Part shown: piece after piece, positions 1 through 8,274 of the stretch
How positions within the stretch are numbered: position 1 is the first letter of the stretch
Layout of the letters: each line of letters begins with the position of its first letter
Origin: Gammaproteobacteria bacterium
GTDB taxonomy: Bacteria > Pseudomonadota > Gammaproteobacteria > Acidiferrobacterales > Sulfurifustaceae
DNA: 24,000 nt
Assembly: GCA_016199745.1 (NCBI GenBank)
Contig: JACQFZ010000027.1
Span: 35,812 to 59,811, forward strand
Direction: 5' to 3'
Translations under genes and position numbers: made by a program
Notes under the pieces: generated by a model
Seen by the model: the letters and a program-made list of their open reading frames with translations, nothing else
Told to the model about the DNA's origin: nothing
The model's database searches: none

Positions 1-1087
1 GCTCGTAGTGCTCGGCGACTTCCGCCATGAGCTCGTCGACCGAGCCACTCTCCTCGCCGACCGAAATCATTTGCAACACCAGCGGCGGAAACAAACCGGT
101 GGCAGCGGCAGTGCGCGCAATTGTCTCGCCGCGTTCGACGCCGTCGCGCATTTGCAGAATGCGCTCACCGATAAATTCGTTGTCGACAGCGCGACTCACC
201 ACTGTCATGCCTTGCACTAACGGCACGCCGGATTGCAATGACACCGCCAACGCCCGCGCGAAGCGGCCGACGGTCGATCGATAGATGATGCTGCCGATAA
301 CTGGCACGCGCAGCTTGAAGCGGTCGAAGCGATAACGCCCTTCCGGTGTACGAATATAAATTCGGATCGAAATGAAGGCGGTGATTAATGTACCGAGCAG
401 TAACGGCCAATAGGCGACCGTGAATTTGGAAGTGCCGATCAACACGCGCGTAGCCCACGGCAATTCGGTTTTCAAATTGGCGAATACTTTGGCGAACGCC
501 GGGATTACCAACAGATTAATCACCACCAACGCAATCGCAATGGCGATGACGACGAAGATCGGGTAACGCAGCGCCGACTTGATGCGATCGCGCGTATCTT
601 TTTCGAGCTCGAGATATTTCGCCAATTGCAGCAATGCGCCTTGCAACGTGCCGGTAGCCTCGCCGACTTGCACCATGCTGACGTAGAGCGTTGGGAACAC
701 CTTCGGATGGCGCTTGAGTGCCGACGACAACTCCAGACCGGAATCGAGCACCTCGACCACATCATTGATGACGATGCGAAACGCCGGGTTCTGCGTCGAA
801 TCGCGCAGACCGCGCAACGCTTGCATGATCGGCACACCGGCCTTGATCAGCGTAAAAAACTGACGCGTGAACAAAATGAGATCGACCAACTCGACCTTGT
901 CGCTGCTGAACCAACCTTGAAAGACTGCTTTCAAATCATACGTGGCGTTCTTCGATAACGTGATATCGACCGGCACGACTCCACTATTGAAGAGTTGGGT
1001 CGCGACCGCGTCGGGCGAAACCGCATCGACCTGGCCGGTGACGACGTCACCGCGTTGATTACGACCGCGATACTGGAAGATCGGCAC
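1..1087 (-). CDS. GspF/PilC-family inner-membrane platform protein (MshG-like). Partial: the 3' end runs off the window.
   Basis: It is not in the ORF track because no stop codon lies inside the window. My manual minus-strand translation from the GTG at 1087 is open all the way to position 1: VPIFQYRGRNQRGDVVTGQVDAVSPDAVATQL...FTRQFFTLIKAGVPIMQALRGL...YVSMVQVGEATGTL...RFARALAVSLQSGVPLVQGM...LVLQMISVGEESGSVDELM. The duplicated T2SSF-type repeats (xGxP..xAL, and GE.SG.L) are typical of GspF/PilC/MshG. It starts 2 nt after the stop of the upstream GspE-family ATPase gene. Confidence 0.85.
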   Translation of the reverse strand, partial: MPIFQYRGRNQRGDVVTGQVDAVSPDAVATQLFNSGVVPVDITLSKNATYDLKAVFQGWFSSDKVELVDLILFTRQFFTLIKAGVPIMQALRGLRDSTQNPAFRIVINDVVEVLDSGLELSSALKRHPKVFPTLYVSMVQVGEATGTLQGALLQLAKYLELEKDTRDRIKSALRYPIFVVIAIAIALVVINLLVIPAFAKVFANLKTELPWATRVLIGTSKFTVAYWPLLLGTLITAFISIRIYIRTPEGRYRFDRFKLRVPVIGSIIYRSTVGRFARALAVSLQSGVPLVQGMTVVSRAVDNEFIGERILQMRDGVERGETIARTAAATGLFPPLVLQMISVGEESGSVDELMAEVAEHYE

Positions 1088-1089
1088 GC

Positions 1090-2808
1090 TTATTCATCCA
1101 AACCGAAGGTAGCGCGCATGACCTGCGCCATGGTCGTGTGGCCTTGTGCCGCCATGGCGATGGCACTGCGGCGCAAGCTGCGATACCCCGACTGTTTGCG
1201 GGCGGCATCGGCGAACGCCTGCGGATCGGCGGCGTTCATCGCTCGCACCAGCGGCTCGTCCATTTCCAAAAATTCGAACACACCGATACGACCGTGGTAA
1301 CCGCTGCCGTTACAGTGGCTGCAACCGGCACCGTGACGGAACGTGAGCTTATCGACTTGCTCGCCGATTTCTGTGCGCAACATTTCTTTCACGGCCGGCT
1401 CGAGCTCGTATGGCTGCGAGCAACCTTCGCAAATACGCCGCACCAACCGCTGCGAGATGATGCCGCGTACCGACGCACCGACCATGTACGGCTCGACACC
1501 CATGTCGATCAAGCGTAGCGCCGTGGAAATGGCATCATTGGTATGCAACGTCGACAACACCATGTGACCGGTCATGGCGGCACGCAGACCGATCTCGGCG
1601 GTCTCTTGGTCGCGCATTTCGCCGACCAGAATGATGTCCGGATCTTGCCGCAACATCGCCCGTAGTACGCGCGCGAACGTGAGCTCAATGCGCGGATTGA
1701 CCTGTACTTGGTTGATGCCGGCGAGCCGGTATTCGACCGGATCTTCGACGGTGACGATTTTCGATTCGGGACGGTTCAGCTCGTTGAGTGCGCCGTAGAG
1801 CGTGGTCGTTTTGCCGCTACCGGTCGGACCGGTCACCAGCATCATGCCGTTCGGCGCACGAATGATTTCGCGGAAGCGCTTTAAGATCGACGGCGGCATG
1901 CCGATGCCGTCGAGCCTGAGCGCGCCGGTGGATTGATTAAGCAGACGCATGACCACCGATTCGCCGTATTGCACCGGCATGGTCGACATACGCACATCGA
2001 TGCTCTTTTCGCGCACACGCACGTTGAACCGACCGTCCTGCGGCAAGCGCTTCTCGGAGATATCGAGACCGGCCATCAACTTCAAACGCGATACCAGTGC
2101 ACCGACGATGCGCCGGTCGGCGGTTGTCTGCACGCGCAACACACCGTCTAAGCGAAAGCGGATACGCAACTCGCGCTCGTCCGGTTCGATGTGAATATCG
2201 GACGCGTTCACCTGCACCGCGTCTTCGAACATGGTTTGCAATAACTTAACGACCGGCGCATCGGCCAAGCCTTCGCCGGCGGCGAGTTCGCCGATGTCGA
2301 CCGTATAGGCCGATAATTCCTGCTCTAACTCCTGCGAAAGCGCGGTGATCTCTTCGGTACGGCGATACACCCGGTCGATCGTGCTAAGCAGATCGGCTTC
2401 CTTGACCACCGCCAGCCGCAACGGTCGGCGCAACACCCGGCCAAGCTCGTCGTAGGCAAAAATATCGGTCGGGTCGGCCATGCCGACGAGGATGCCGTCG
2501 CGGTTGTCGTCGAGCGCGATCGCCCGGAAGCGACGGGCATGCGTCTCCGGAATCAACCGCACAACGTCCGGCTTATAGTTGTAACGCTTGAGATCGATGT
2601 AGGCGCACTGCAACTGCTGCGATAGGAACATGAGCAACTGATCTTCGCTGATGAACCCGTTTTCAATGAGCACGCGCCCGAGCTTACGACCGCTCTTTTT
2701 TTGCTCGGCGAGCGCCGTATTGAGCTGTTCCTGAGAAATAATCTTGTGCGCGATCAAGAGATCGCCGATGCGCACTTTTTTTGGTCGAGCCGCTGGAGTC
2801 ACGGACAT
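1090..2808 (-). CDS. mshE: MshE-type GspE-family secretion / type IV pilus assembly ATPase with an N-terminal MshEN (c-di-GMP-binding) domain
   Basis: 572-aa ORF. Walker A is GPTGSGKTT, followed by the Asp box and a Walker B-like ILVGEMRD. A tetracysteine cluster (CEGC...CSHC) is typical of GspE/PilB ATPases. The N-terminus holds two tandem 24-residue motifs, RIGDLLIAHKIISQEQLNTALAEQ and KLGRVLIENGFISEDQLLMFLSQQ, separated by 5 residues. A GAGGA ribosome-binding site lies upstream of the ATG. Confidence 0.9.
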   Translation of the reverse strand: MSVTPAARPKKVRIGDLLIAHKIISQEQLNTALAEQKKSGRKLGRVLIENGFISEDQLLMFLSQQLQCAYIDLKRYNYKPDVVRLIPETHARRFRAIALDDNRDGILVGMADPTDIFAYDELGRVLRRPLRLAVVKEADLLSTIDRVYRRTEEITALSQELEQELSAYTVDIGELAAGEGLADAPVVKLLQTMFEDAVQVNASDIHIEPDERELRIRFRLDGVLRVQTTADRRIVGALVSRLKLMAGLDISEKRLPQDGRFNVRVREKSIDVRMSTMPVQYGESVVMRLLNQSTGALRLDGIGMPPSILKRFREIIRAPNGMMLVTGPTGSGKTTTLYGALNELNRPESKIVTVEDPVEYRLAGINQVQVNPRIELTFARVLRAMLRQDPDIILVGEMRDQETAEIGLRAAMTGHMVLSTLHTNDAISTALRLIDMGVEPYMVGASVRGIISQRLVRRICEGCSQPYELEPAVKEMLRTEIGEQVDKLTFRHGAGCSHCNGSGYHGRIGVFEFLEMDEPLVRAMNAADPQAFADAARKQSGYRSLRRSAIAMAAQGHTTMAQVMRATFGLDE

Positions 2809-2918
2809 ACGTAAATCCTCGAAGCAACGAGGAAAGAATTAATGGGATTTCTTAAGATCTAGACCTAAATCTAGTCTAGCCAGACTGATATGCCAGAACC
2901 GTGCCGGAATGGTGCGGG

Positions 2919-4925
2919 CTATTGCGAGGCGGCGGACACCGTGGAAGGAAGCGCCATCTCGGCCACCGGCAAGCGGGCGACGTGACGCCTGGCGATCACC
3001 GTCCGAAGCTCCGCCACTCGCGCTTCGAGCTCAGCGACGCGTTGGCCCTCATTGAGCTGGCGCGCCAACTGAATAGTGAAGTCGAGATAGGTAAGCACGG
3101 TTTGGGTCGGGAAGTACCAATAATCGCTGCCAGCCTCGAGCAATTTGTAGGCCTCACGCGGACGTTCGGTACGCACCAACAAACGCGCGTACTGAACACG
3201 CGCTGACAGGTAAAGCGGGTCCAACGTCAGCGCTCGGCGAAAGTCCGCCTCGGCGTCATTAAGCCAATTGGTGCCGGCTAGGTCGGAATTTTCCTCTACC
3301 ACCCTGGCCCGCACCGTCGGAACTAGCGCGCGGTAACGATTGAGCGACTCCGCTCGCGCCAGCATCATCAGCGCTTCCTCGTATAACGCGCGGCGCTCGG
3401 CCAGCGCCGTCGGCGGCAGCTTACGCAAAACGTGCCGATAAAGATCGGCATGAATCGTCCAAATACGATCATCGGCGGCAGTCATCTGCTCCGCCCAGGC
3501 AAATAGATGGTCTGCTTCCCGCAAGTTGCCTAGGAGCGCCTCGTTGAAGCCCTTCTTATAAAGAACATCGGCAGTTGCAAATGCGACAAGGTAGGAGATG
3601 GGGAACAACATTAATAAGAGCACGACCAGCCGGTAGAACGGCCCCTTTAACACCTTCGCCGGCTGTAACGTCCAGGTGCGTACCACGGTCCCGGCGGTGG
3701 CACAATCTTGAAAACGAGCCAGCATCAGGCCAGCGACGATCGAAATCGGCAATATGTAAAAGTCGAAATCAAGCCCGCTATGCAGCGCCACCGCCAGCAG
3801 TCCGGCGAAAAGCCCGAGCAACTCGAGCAATCGCTTCGGCGATAAACGCCGCTGCCGCAGTGCCCATACGCACATCAGTAACACGCTGACCAACACCGCC
3901 AACCACAACAATAGGCCCGGCAGGCCGGTCTCGATCCAGATCTGCAAATAATCGTTATGGGCGAAAAAGCCAAGCGTCGAATCGTCCGGGTGCCGATAAG
4001 GTGGCCATACGAGGTAATAGAGGCCTAGGCCGACGCCCCACCAAGGGCTGTCCTTGAGCAAATTCCACGAACCGCGCCAGATTAAAAACCGAGTCGAGCC
4101 GGCCGCTTCCGGATCACCGAGGGTCGACAGCTTGCTGACAACATCGCCGCTCTGGACGAGGTTGGCGACGACGTAAGCCGCGACCAGTACACCGATCAGC
4201 ACAACCACCGGTCGACGGCCAACGGTGCGTACCGCCAGCGACAGCAATATCACCGTACTCACCAATAGACTGATGCTGGTACCGCGTCCCTGAGTAGCAG
4301 CAATAGCGAAAGCAATAATAAAGATGCCGATACCAAGGCCGTGAACCACTAGCGGCTTCTTGCGAGCATGTAATGCCGTCAGCAAGTGCGCGCACAGCGG
4401 CAACAAAATCAACATCAGCAACGCTGCGTACGAATGTAGATTAATGAACGGACCATGGGGCCGCTGCTGCAGAACGAACAACTGCACCAGACCATGAATC
4501 GACAACGCTAATGCTCCGAGCGCTATTAAACGCGAGGCGTAAAACCAAATTCGTTCGCGCTCCGGCGACAAGGTATAGGCCCAAAACACCAAGGCAACGC
4601 TACCGACCCACCAAAAATTGAGATCGCTGGTTCCCGGCACCGGCGTCCACAGCAGCGACAACCCGAGCCACATCCAAAAAAGCGTGAGGCTGACGCTAAG
4701 CGGCGTCAGCAGGAACACGACACCGCTGTCGTAGCGGCGTGCCAACGACAACCCGAGCCAAGCCACCAGGAGCGCTTGCGCACCGGCGAGCAGCGGTAGT
4801 TGTGGACCGTTGAAGAAAACCGCCAGAGCAAATGCGGCAGCGACGCAAAAAGCACTCGCGCGCGTGCCGAGCGGTGCGTGCAGGGCGGCCATGATTCGCG
4901 AACGTTTTTTGTTGGGCGGGCCCAT
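2919..4925 (-). CDS. Polytopic O-antigen-ligase-like (Wzy_C domain) membrane protein with a C-terminal TPR-like helical-repeat domain
   Basis: 668-aa ORF. About the first 450 aa are a run of hydrophobic helices with a Wzy_C-like signature (...ATQGRGTSISLL... and FFAHNDYLQIWIETGLPGLLLWLAVL). The last ~200 aa are soluble and Ala/Leu/Arg/Tyr-rich with TPR-like periodicity (ALYEEALMMLARAESLNRY..., FRRALTLDPLYLSARVQYARLLV). The start is uncertain: ATG at 4925 or the in-frame ATG at 4892. Confidence 0.7.
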   Translation of the reverse strand: MGPPNKKRSRIMAALHAPLGTRASAFCVAAAFALAVFFNGPQLPLLAGAQALLVAWLGLSLARRYDSGVVFLLTPLSVSLTLFWMWLGLSLLWTPVPGTSDLNFWWVGSVALVFWAYTLSPERERIWFYASRLIALGALALSIHGLVQLFVLQQRPHGPFINLHSYAALLMLILLPLCAHLLTALHARKKPLVVHGLGIGIFIIAFAIAATQGRGTSISLLVSTVILLSLAVRTVGRRPVVVLIGVLVAAYVVANLVQSGDVVSKLSTLGDPEAAGSTRFLIWRGSWNLLKDSPWWGVGLGLYYLVWPPYRHPDDSTLGFFAHNDYLQIWIETGLPGLLLWLAVLVSVLLMCVWALRQRRLSPKRLLELLGLFAGLLAVALHSGLDFDFYILPISIVAGLMLARFQDCATAGTVVRTWTLQPAKVLKGPFYRLVVLLLMLFPISYLVAFATADVLYKKGFNEALLGNLREADHLFAWAEQMTAADDRIWTIHADLYRHVLRKLPPTALAERRALYEEALMMLARAESLNRYRALVPTVRARVVEENSDLAGTNWLNDAEADFRRALTLDPLYLSARVQYARLLVRTERPREAYKLLEAGSDYWYFPTQTVLTYLDFTIQLARQLNEGQRVAELEARVAELRTVIARRHVARLPVAEMALPSTVSAASQ

Positions 4926-4975
4926 AGGATTCCGTTTAATGTAGTAGATACGTCCACAAAGACCAGCACGGCCCG

Positions 4976-5440
4976 ATGTTCAACGTCGTCCTCTACCAAC
5001 CCGAGATCCCGCCGAACACTGGCAACATCATGCGCCTGTGCGCGAATGCCGGCAGCCGTCTGCACTTGATCGAGCCGCTCGGCTTCACGCTCGACGACAA
5101 GCAGCTGCGACGCGCCGGGCTCGATTATCGCGAGTGGGCCGAGGTTCGGACCTATCCGGACTTCGAAACATTGCTGACCGAGCTGCGGCCACCACGGCTT
5201 TTTGCCTTCAGCACCCGGGCGCAGCGGTTCTATACCGAAGTCCGCTACCAGCCGGACGATGCCCTCCTGTTCGGCCCCGAAACCCGCGGCCTGCCGGCCG
5301 AGCTACTGGAACGGCTGCCGCCGGAACAGCGGCTGCGGCTGCCGCTGGTTCCGGGGAATCGCAGCCTTAATTTGGCCAATACTGTGTCCATTGCCCTGTA
5401 CGAGGCCTGGCGCCAGCATGATTTCGCCGGCGGACGGTAG
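4976..5440 (+). CDS. trmL: tRNA (cytidine/uridine(34)-2'-O)-methyltransferase TrmL (SpoU/TrmH family)
   Basis: The 154-aa ORF is nearly collinear with E. coli TrmL/YibK: MFNVVLYQPEIPPNTGNIMRLCANAG..LHLIEPLGF...RRAGLDY...LLFGPETRGLP...RLPLVPGNRSLNLANTVSIALYEAWRQ. Confidence 0.93.
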   Translation: MFNVVLYQPEIPPNTGNIMRLCANAGSRLHLIEPLGFTLDDKQLRRAGLDYREWAEVRTYPDFETLLTELRPPRLFAFSTRAQRFYTEVRYQPDDALLFGPETRGLPAELLERLPPEQRLRLPLVPGNRSLNLANTVSIALYEAWRQHDFAGGR

Positions 5441-5533
5441 AGATAATTTGGCGTCTATCCCTGTGCGCCGGCGCCCCTAACGATATAATGCCGGGCCTCT
5501 GCCTGAACTAACGCCACGTCCAAGATCCACCTC

Positions 5534-7834
5534 GTGCCCCGTCGCCGCTCCCCTATCCGCCGCTTGCTGCGTCCTCGCCGACTTGTCGTCGTCGGCCTTT
5601 GCCTCATCGCCGTGTTCGCGGTGTATATCGGCTATCTCGACTTCACCATCCGCGCCAAGTTCGAAGGCAAGCGCTGGGCACTGCCGGCGCGGGTGTATGC
5701 CAGCCCGATCGAGCTCTATCCCGGCAAAAAATTATCGACGCTCCAGCTTAGCGAAGAACTGACCGCGCTCGGTTACCGGCACGGCACGGCCAACGATCCC
5801 GGCTACTACACGCGCGGCAACGACAGTATCGACATTAACTCGCGGCCGTTCGCATTCTGGGATGGCGCGCAACCGGCGAAGCGATTCCGCGTTTCGTTCA
5901 GCAACGATCGCATCACCGGTCTTACCGATCTCAGCACCGACCAGTCACTGCCGCTCGCGCGCCTCGATCCGCTCTTGGTCGGCGGTATCTATCCGGCGCA
6001 CAACGAAGACCGCGCGTTGGTGAAGCTCGAAGAAGTCCCGCCGGCGCTACTCAAGACGCTGGTCGCGGTCGAAGATCACAAGTACTACGAACATCACGGC
6101 ATCGACCCGCGCGGCATCGCCCGCGCCATCCTCGCCAACATGCGCGCCGGCGGCAGCGTGCAAGGCGGCAGCACACTGACGCAACAGCTGGTCAAAAATT
6201 TTTATTTGACCGACGAACGCACGCTGCGACGCAAACTGGTCGAGGCGTTGATGGCGCTGCTGCTCGACGCGCACTACAGCAAGGACGAAATTCTCGAAGC
6301 CTACATCAACGAAATTTATTTGGGCCAAGACGGCAACCGCGCGATCCACGGTTTCGGTCTGGCATCGCAACATTATTTCGATCGGCCGCTGCAGCAACTG
6401 TCGCAATCGCAGATCGCGCTGCTGGTCGGCCTGGTCAAAGGCCCGTCGTTCTACGATCCGCGCCGTAATCCGCAACGCGCGTTAGCACGGCGCAATCTCG
6501 TACTCGCTGAGCTCGCCCAACAAAAAATCATCGACTCGACGACGCTGTTGCGCGCGAAAGCGATGCCGCTCGAAGTCACCGCGCGCGCGCCGGCCGGGAC
6601 ATCGCCGTATCCGGCGTTCCTCGCCTTGGTCGTGCGGCAATTGCGTCAGGATTACTCGGAAGACGACCTGCGCTCAGAAGGCTTGAGCATTTTCACGACA
6701 CTCGATCCACGCACGCAACGCAGTGCCGAGCAAGCCCTGGACACGCGGCTGACGGCGCTCGAGAAACAGCGACGCCTACCGGCCGGTATGCTCGAAGGCG
6801 CGGTGGTCGTCACCACCACCGACAACGGCGAAGTGCTCGCGTTAGTCGGCGGCCGTCACACTCGCTACGACGGCTTCAATCGCGCACTCGATGCCGAGCG
6901 CTCGATCGGTTCGCTGATTAAGCCGGTGGTGTACCTGACCGCCCTCATGCAGCCAGAGAAGTACACGCTGACGACGCTGCTCGATGACAGTCCGCTCAAG
7001 TGGAAAGACCACGGTAGCCAGGAATGGACGCCGCAGAATTACGATAAACAATTTCACGGCCAGGTAGAGCTGCGCAACGCCTTGGCACAGTCGTACAACA
7101 TTTCCACCGCCCGCCTCGGCCTGGCGCTCGGTGTGCCGAAGGTCATCGATCAGGCACACCGGCTCGGAATCGAGCGCACGTTGCCGCCGTACGGCTCGAC
7201 ACTGCTCGGCGCTGTCGGTCTGACACCGCTAGAAGTAGCGCAGATGTATCAGACGATCGCCAGCGGCGGTTTTCGCACCGGCTTGCGTGCCATTCGCGAA
7301 GTCGTGACGCCGGCGGGGGAACCGCTCAAGCGTTACGCGCTGGCGGTCGAACAAACGGCCGATCCGGCGGCGGTCTATTTGCTGACCGCCGGCTTACAAC
7401 ATGTCGTCGCCGCGGGTACCGCGACCGGCCTACGCGCTTACTTACCGGCCGAGCTTAATGTCGCCGGTAAGACCGGCACGACCGACGATCTGCGGGACAG
7501 TTGGTTTGCTGGCTTTACCGGCGATAAGCTCGGGGTTGTTTGGCTGGGCCGCGACGACAATCAACCGACCGGATTGACCGGTGCCAGCGGTGCGCTCACG
7601 GTATGGGGGCAGATGATGCAGTCGCTCGATCCTGAGCCGCTGCAACCGGCAATACCGGAGACGATCGAGCGGGTACAGATCGATCCGCAGACGCATTTAT
7701 TGGGCGATGGTTGCAGCGGTGCCATCGAGGTTCCCTATATGCGCGGCTCGGCACCGACAGCGCGCGCGCCTTGCGCCGGCCGCTCGCCGGTACAAGCCGT
7801 GAAGAGTTGGTTCAAGAGGTTACTCGAACGATGA
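5534..7834 (+). CDS. mrcB: Bifunctional penicillin-binding protein 1B (glycosyltransferase GT51 + D,D-transpeptidase)
   Basis: 766 aa with a GTG start. It has a basic N-terminal tail and one TM helix (LVVVGLCLIAVFAVYIGYL). A UB2H-sized insert precedes the GT51 motifs (EDHKYYEHHGID, GGSTLTQQLVKN, RKLVEALMA). The transpeptidase motifs are SLIK (SxxK), SYN (SxN) and KTGT. Confidence 0.92.
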   Translation: MPRRRSPIRRLLRPRRLVVVGLCLIAVFAVYIGYLDFTIRAKFEGKRWALPARVYASPIELYPGKKLSTLQLSEELTALGYRHGTANDPGYYTRGNDSIDINSRPFAFWDGAQPAKRFRVSFSNDRITGLTDLSTDQSLPLARLDPLLVGGIYPAHNEDRALVKLEEVPPALLKTLVAVEDHKYYEHHGIDPRGIARAILANMRAGGSVQGGSTLTQQLVKNFYLTDERTLRRKLVEALMALLLDAHYSKDEILEAYINEIYLGQDGNRAIHGFGLASQHYFDRPLQQLSQSQIALLVGLVKGPSFYDPRRNPQRALARRNLVLAELAQQKIIDSTTLLRAKAMPLEVTARAPAGTSPYPAFLALVVRQLRQDYSEDDLRSEGLSIFTTLDPRTQRSAEQALDTRLTALEKQRRLPAGMLEGAVVVTTTDNGEVLALVGGRHTRYDGFNRALDAERSIGSLIKPVVYLTALMQPEKYTLTTLLDDSPLKWKDHGSQEWTPQNYDKQFHGQVELRNALAQSYNISTARLGLALGVPKVIDQAHRLGIERTLPPYGSTLLGAVGLTPLEVAQMYQTIASGGFRTGLRAIREVVTPAGEPLKRYALAVEQTADPAAVYLLTAGLQHVVAAGTATGLRAYLPAELNVAGKTGTTDDLRDSWFAGFTGDKLGVVWLGRDDNQPTGLTGASGALTVWGQMMQSLDPEPLQPAIPETIERVQIDPQTHLLGDGCSGAIEVPYMRGSAPTARAPCAGRSPVQAVKSWFKRLLER

Positions 7835-8274
7835 AAAACAAAAATAGTTTGTTCCGTCTGATCGCGCTCGCGTTGTTGCTGGCGCTGCCTGGTTGCGCCA
7901 TGTTGCCGCCGATCGAACAACCCGCGGCAGCGCCGGCATCGGACAATTCCGCCGTAGTCGCGTTGCTCGAAACCGCGAAGCAGGATTCCGACGCCGGCCG
8001 TTCGGCCGCCGCCGCCGCCAGTCTTGAACGCGCGCTACGCATCGAGCCGCGCAATCCGGTGTTATGGCACGAGCTCGCACGGGTGCGCCTCGACGAAGGC
8101 GAGCCGGCGCAAGCCGAACAGCTCGCCAACAAGTCGAGTACGCTGGCCGGTAACAACAACAATCTACGCGCCGACAACTGGCGCTTGATCGGTCATGCAC
8201 GCGTACAGAAAGGCGATCACAAAGGCGCGCAAGTGGCGTTCAACAAGGCCAAGGAAATCGAGAGCGGCCAGTGA
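7831..8274 (+). CDS. TPR-containing outer-membrane lipoprotein, a candidate LpoP-like PBP1B activator
   Basis: I trimmed the track ORF 7711..8274 to the ATG at 7831, which overlaps the mrcB stop (ATGA). The N-terminus MKNKNSLFRLIALALLLALPGC has a signal peptide plus a lipobox (LPGC). The mature part is a short linker plus TPR-like helices (AAAAASLERALRIEPRNPVLWHELARVRLDEGEPAQAEQLA...). Its position directly downstream of mrcB matches the Pseudomonas lpoP arrangement. Confidence 0.6.
   Translation: MKNKNSLFRLIALALLLALPGCAMLPPIEQPAAAPASDNSAVVALLETAKQDSDAGRSAAAAASLERALRIEPRNPVLWHELARVRLDEGEPAQAEQLANKSSTLAGNNNNLRADNWRLIGHARVQKGDHKGAQVAFNKAKEIESGQ

Noticed and set aside
7711-7830. The upstream extension of the TPR lipoprotein ORF into the end of mrcB.
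   Set aside because: The signal peptide and lipobox begin exactly at the ATG at 7831 (MKNKNSLF...LPGC). The extension is out-of-frame overlap with PBP1B.
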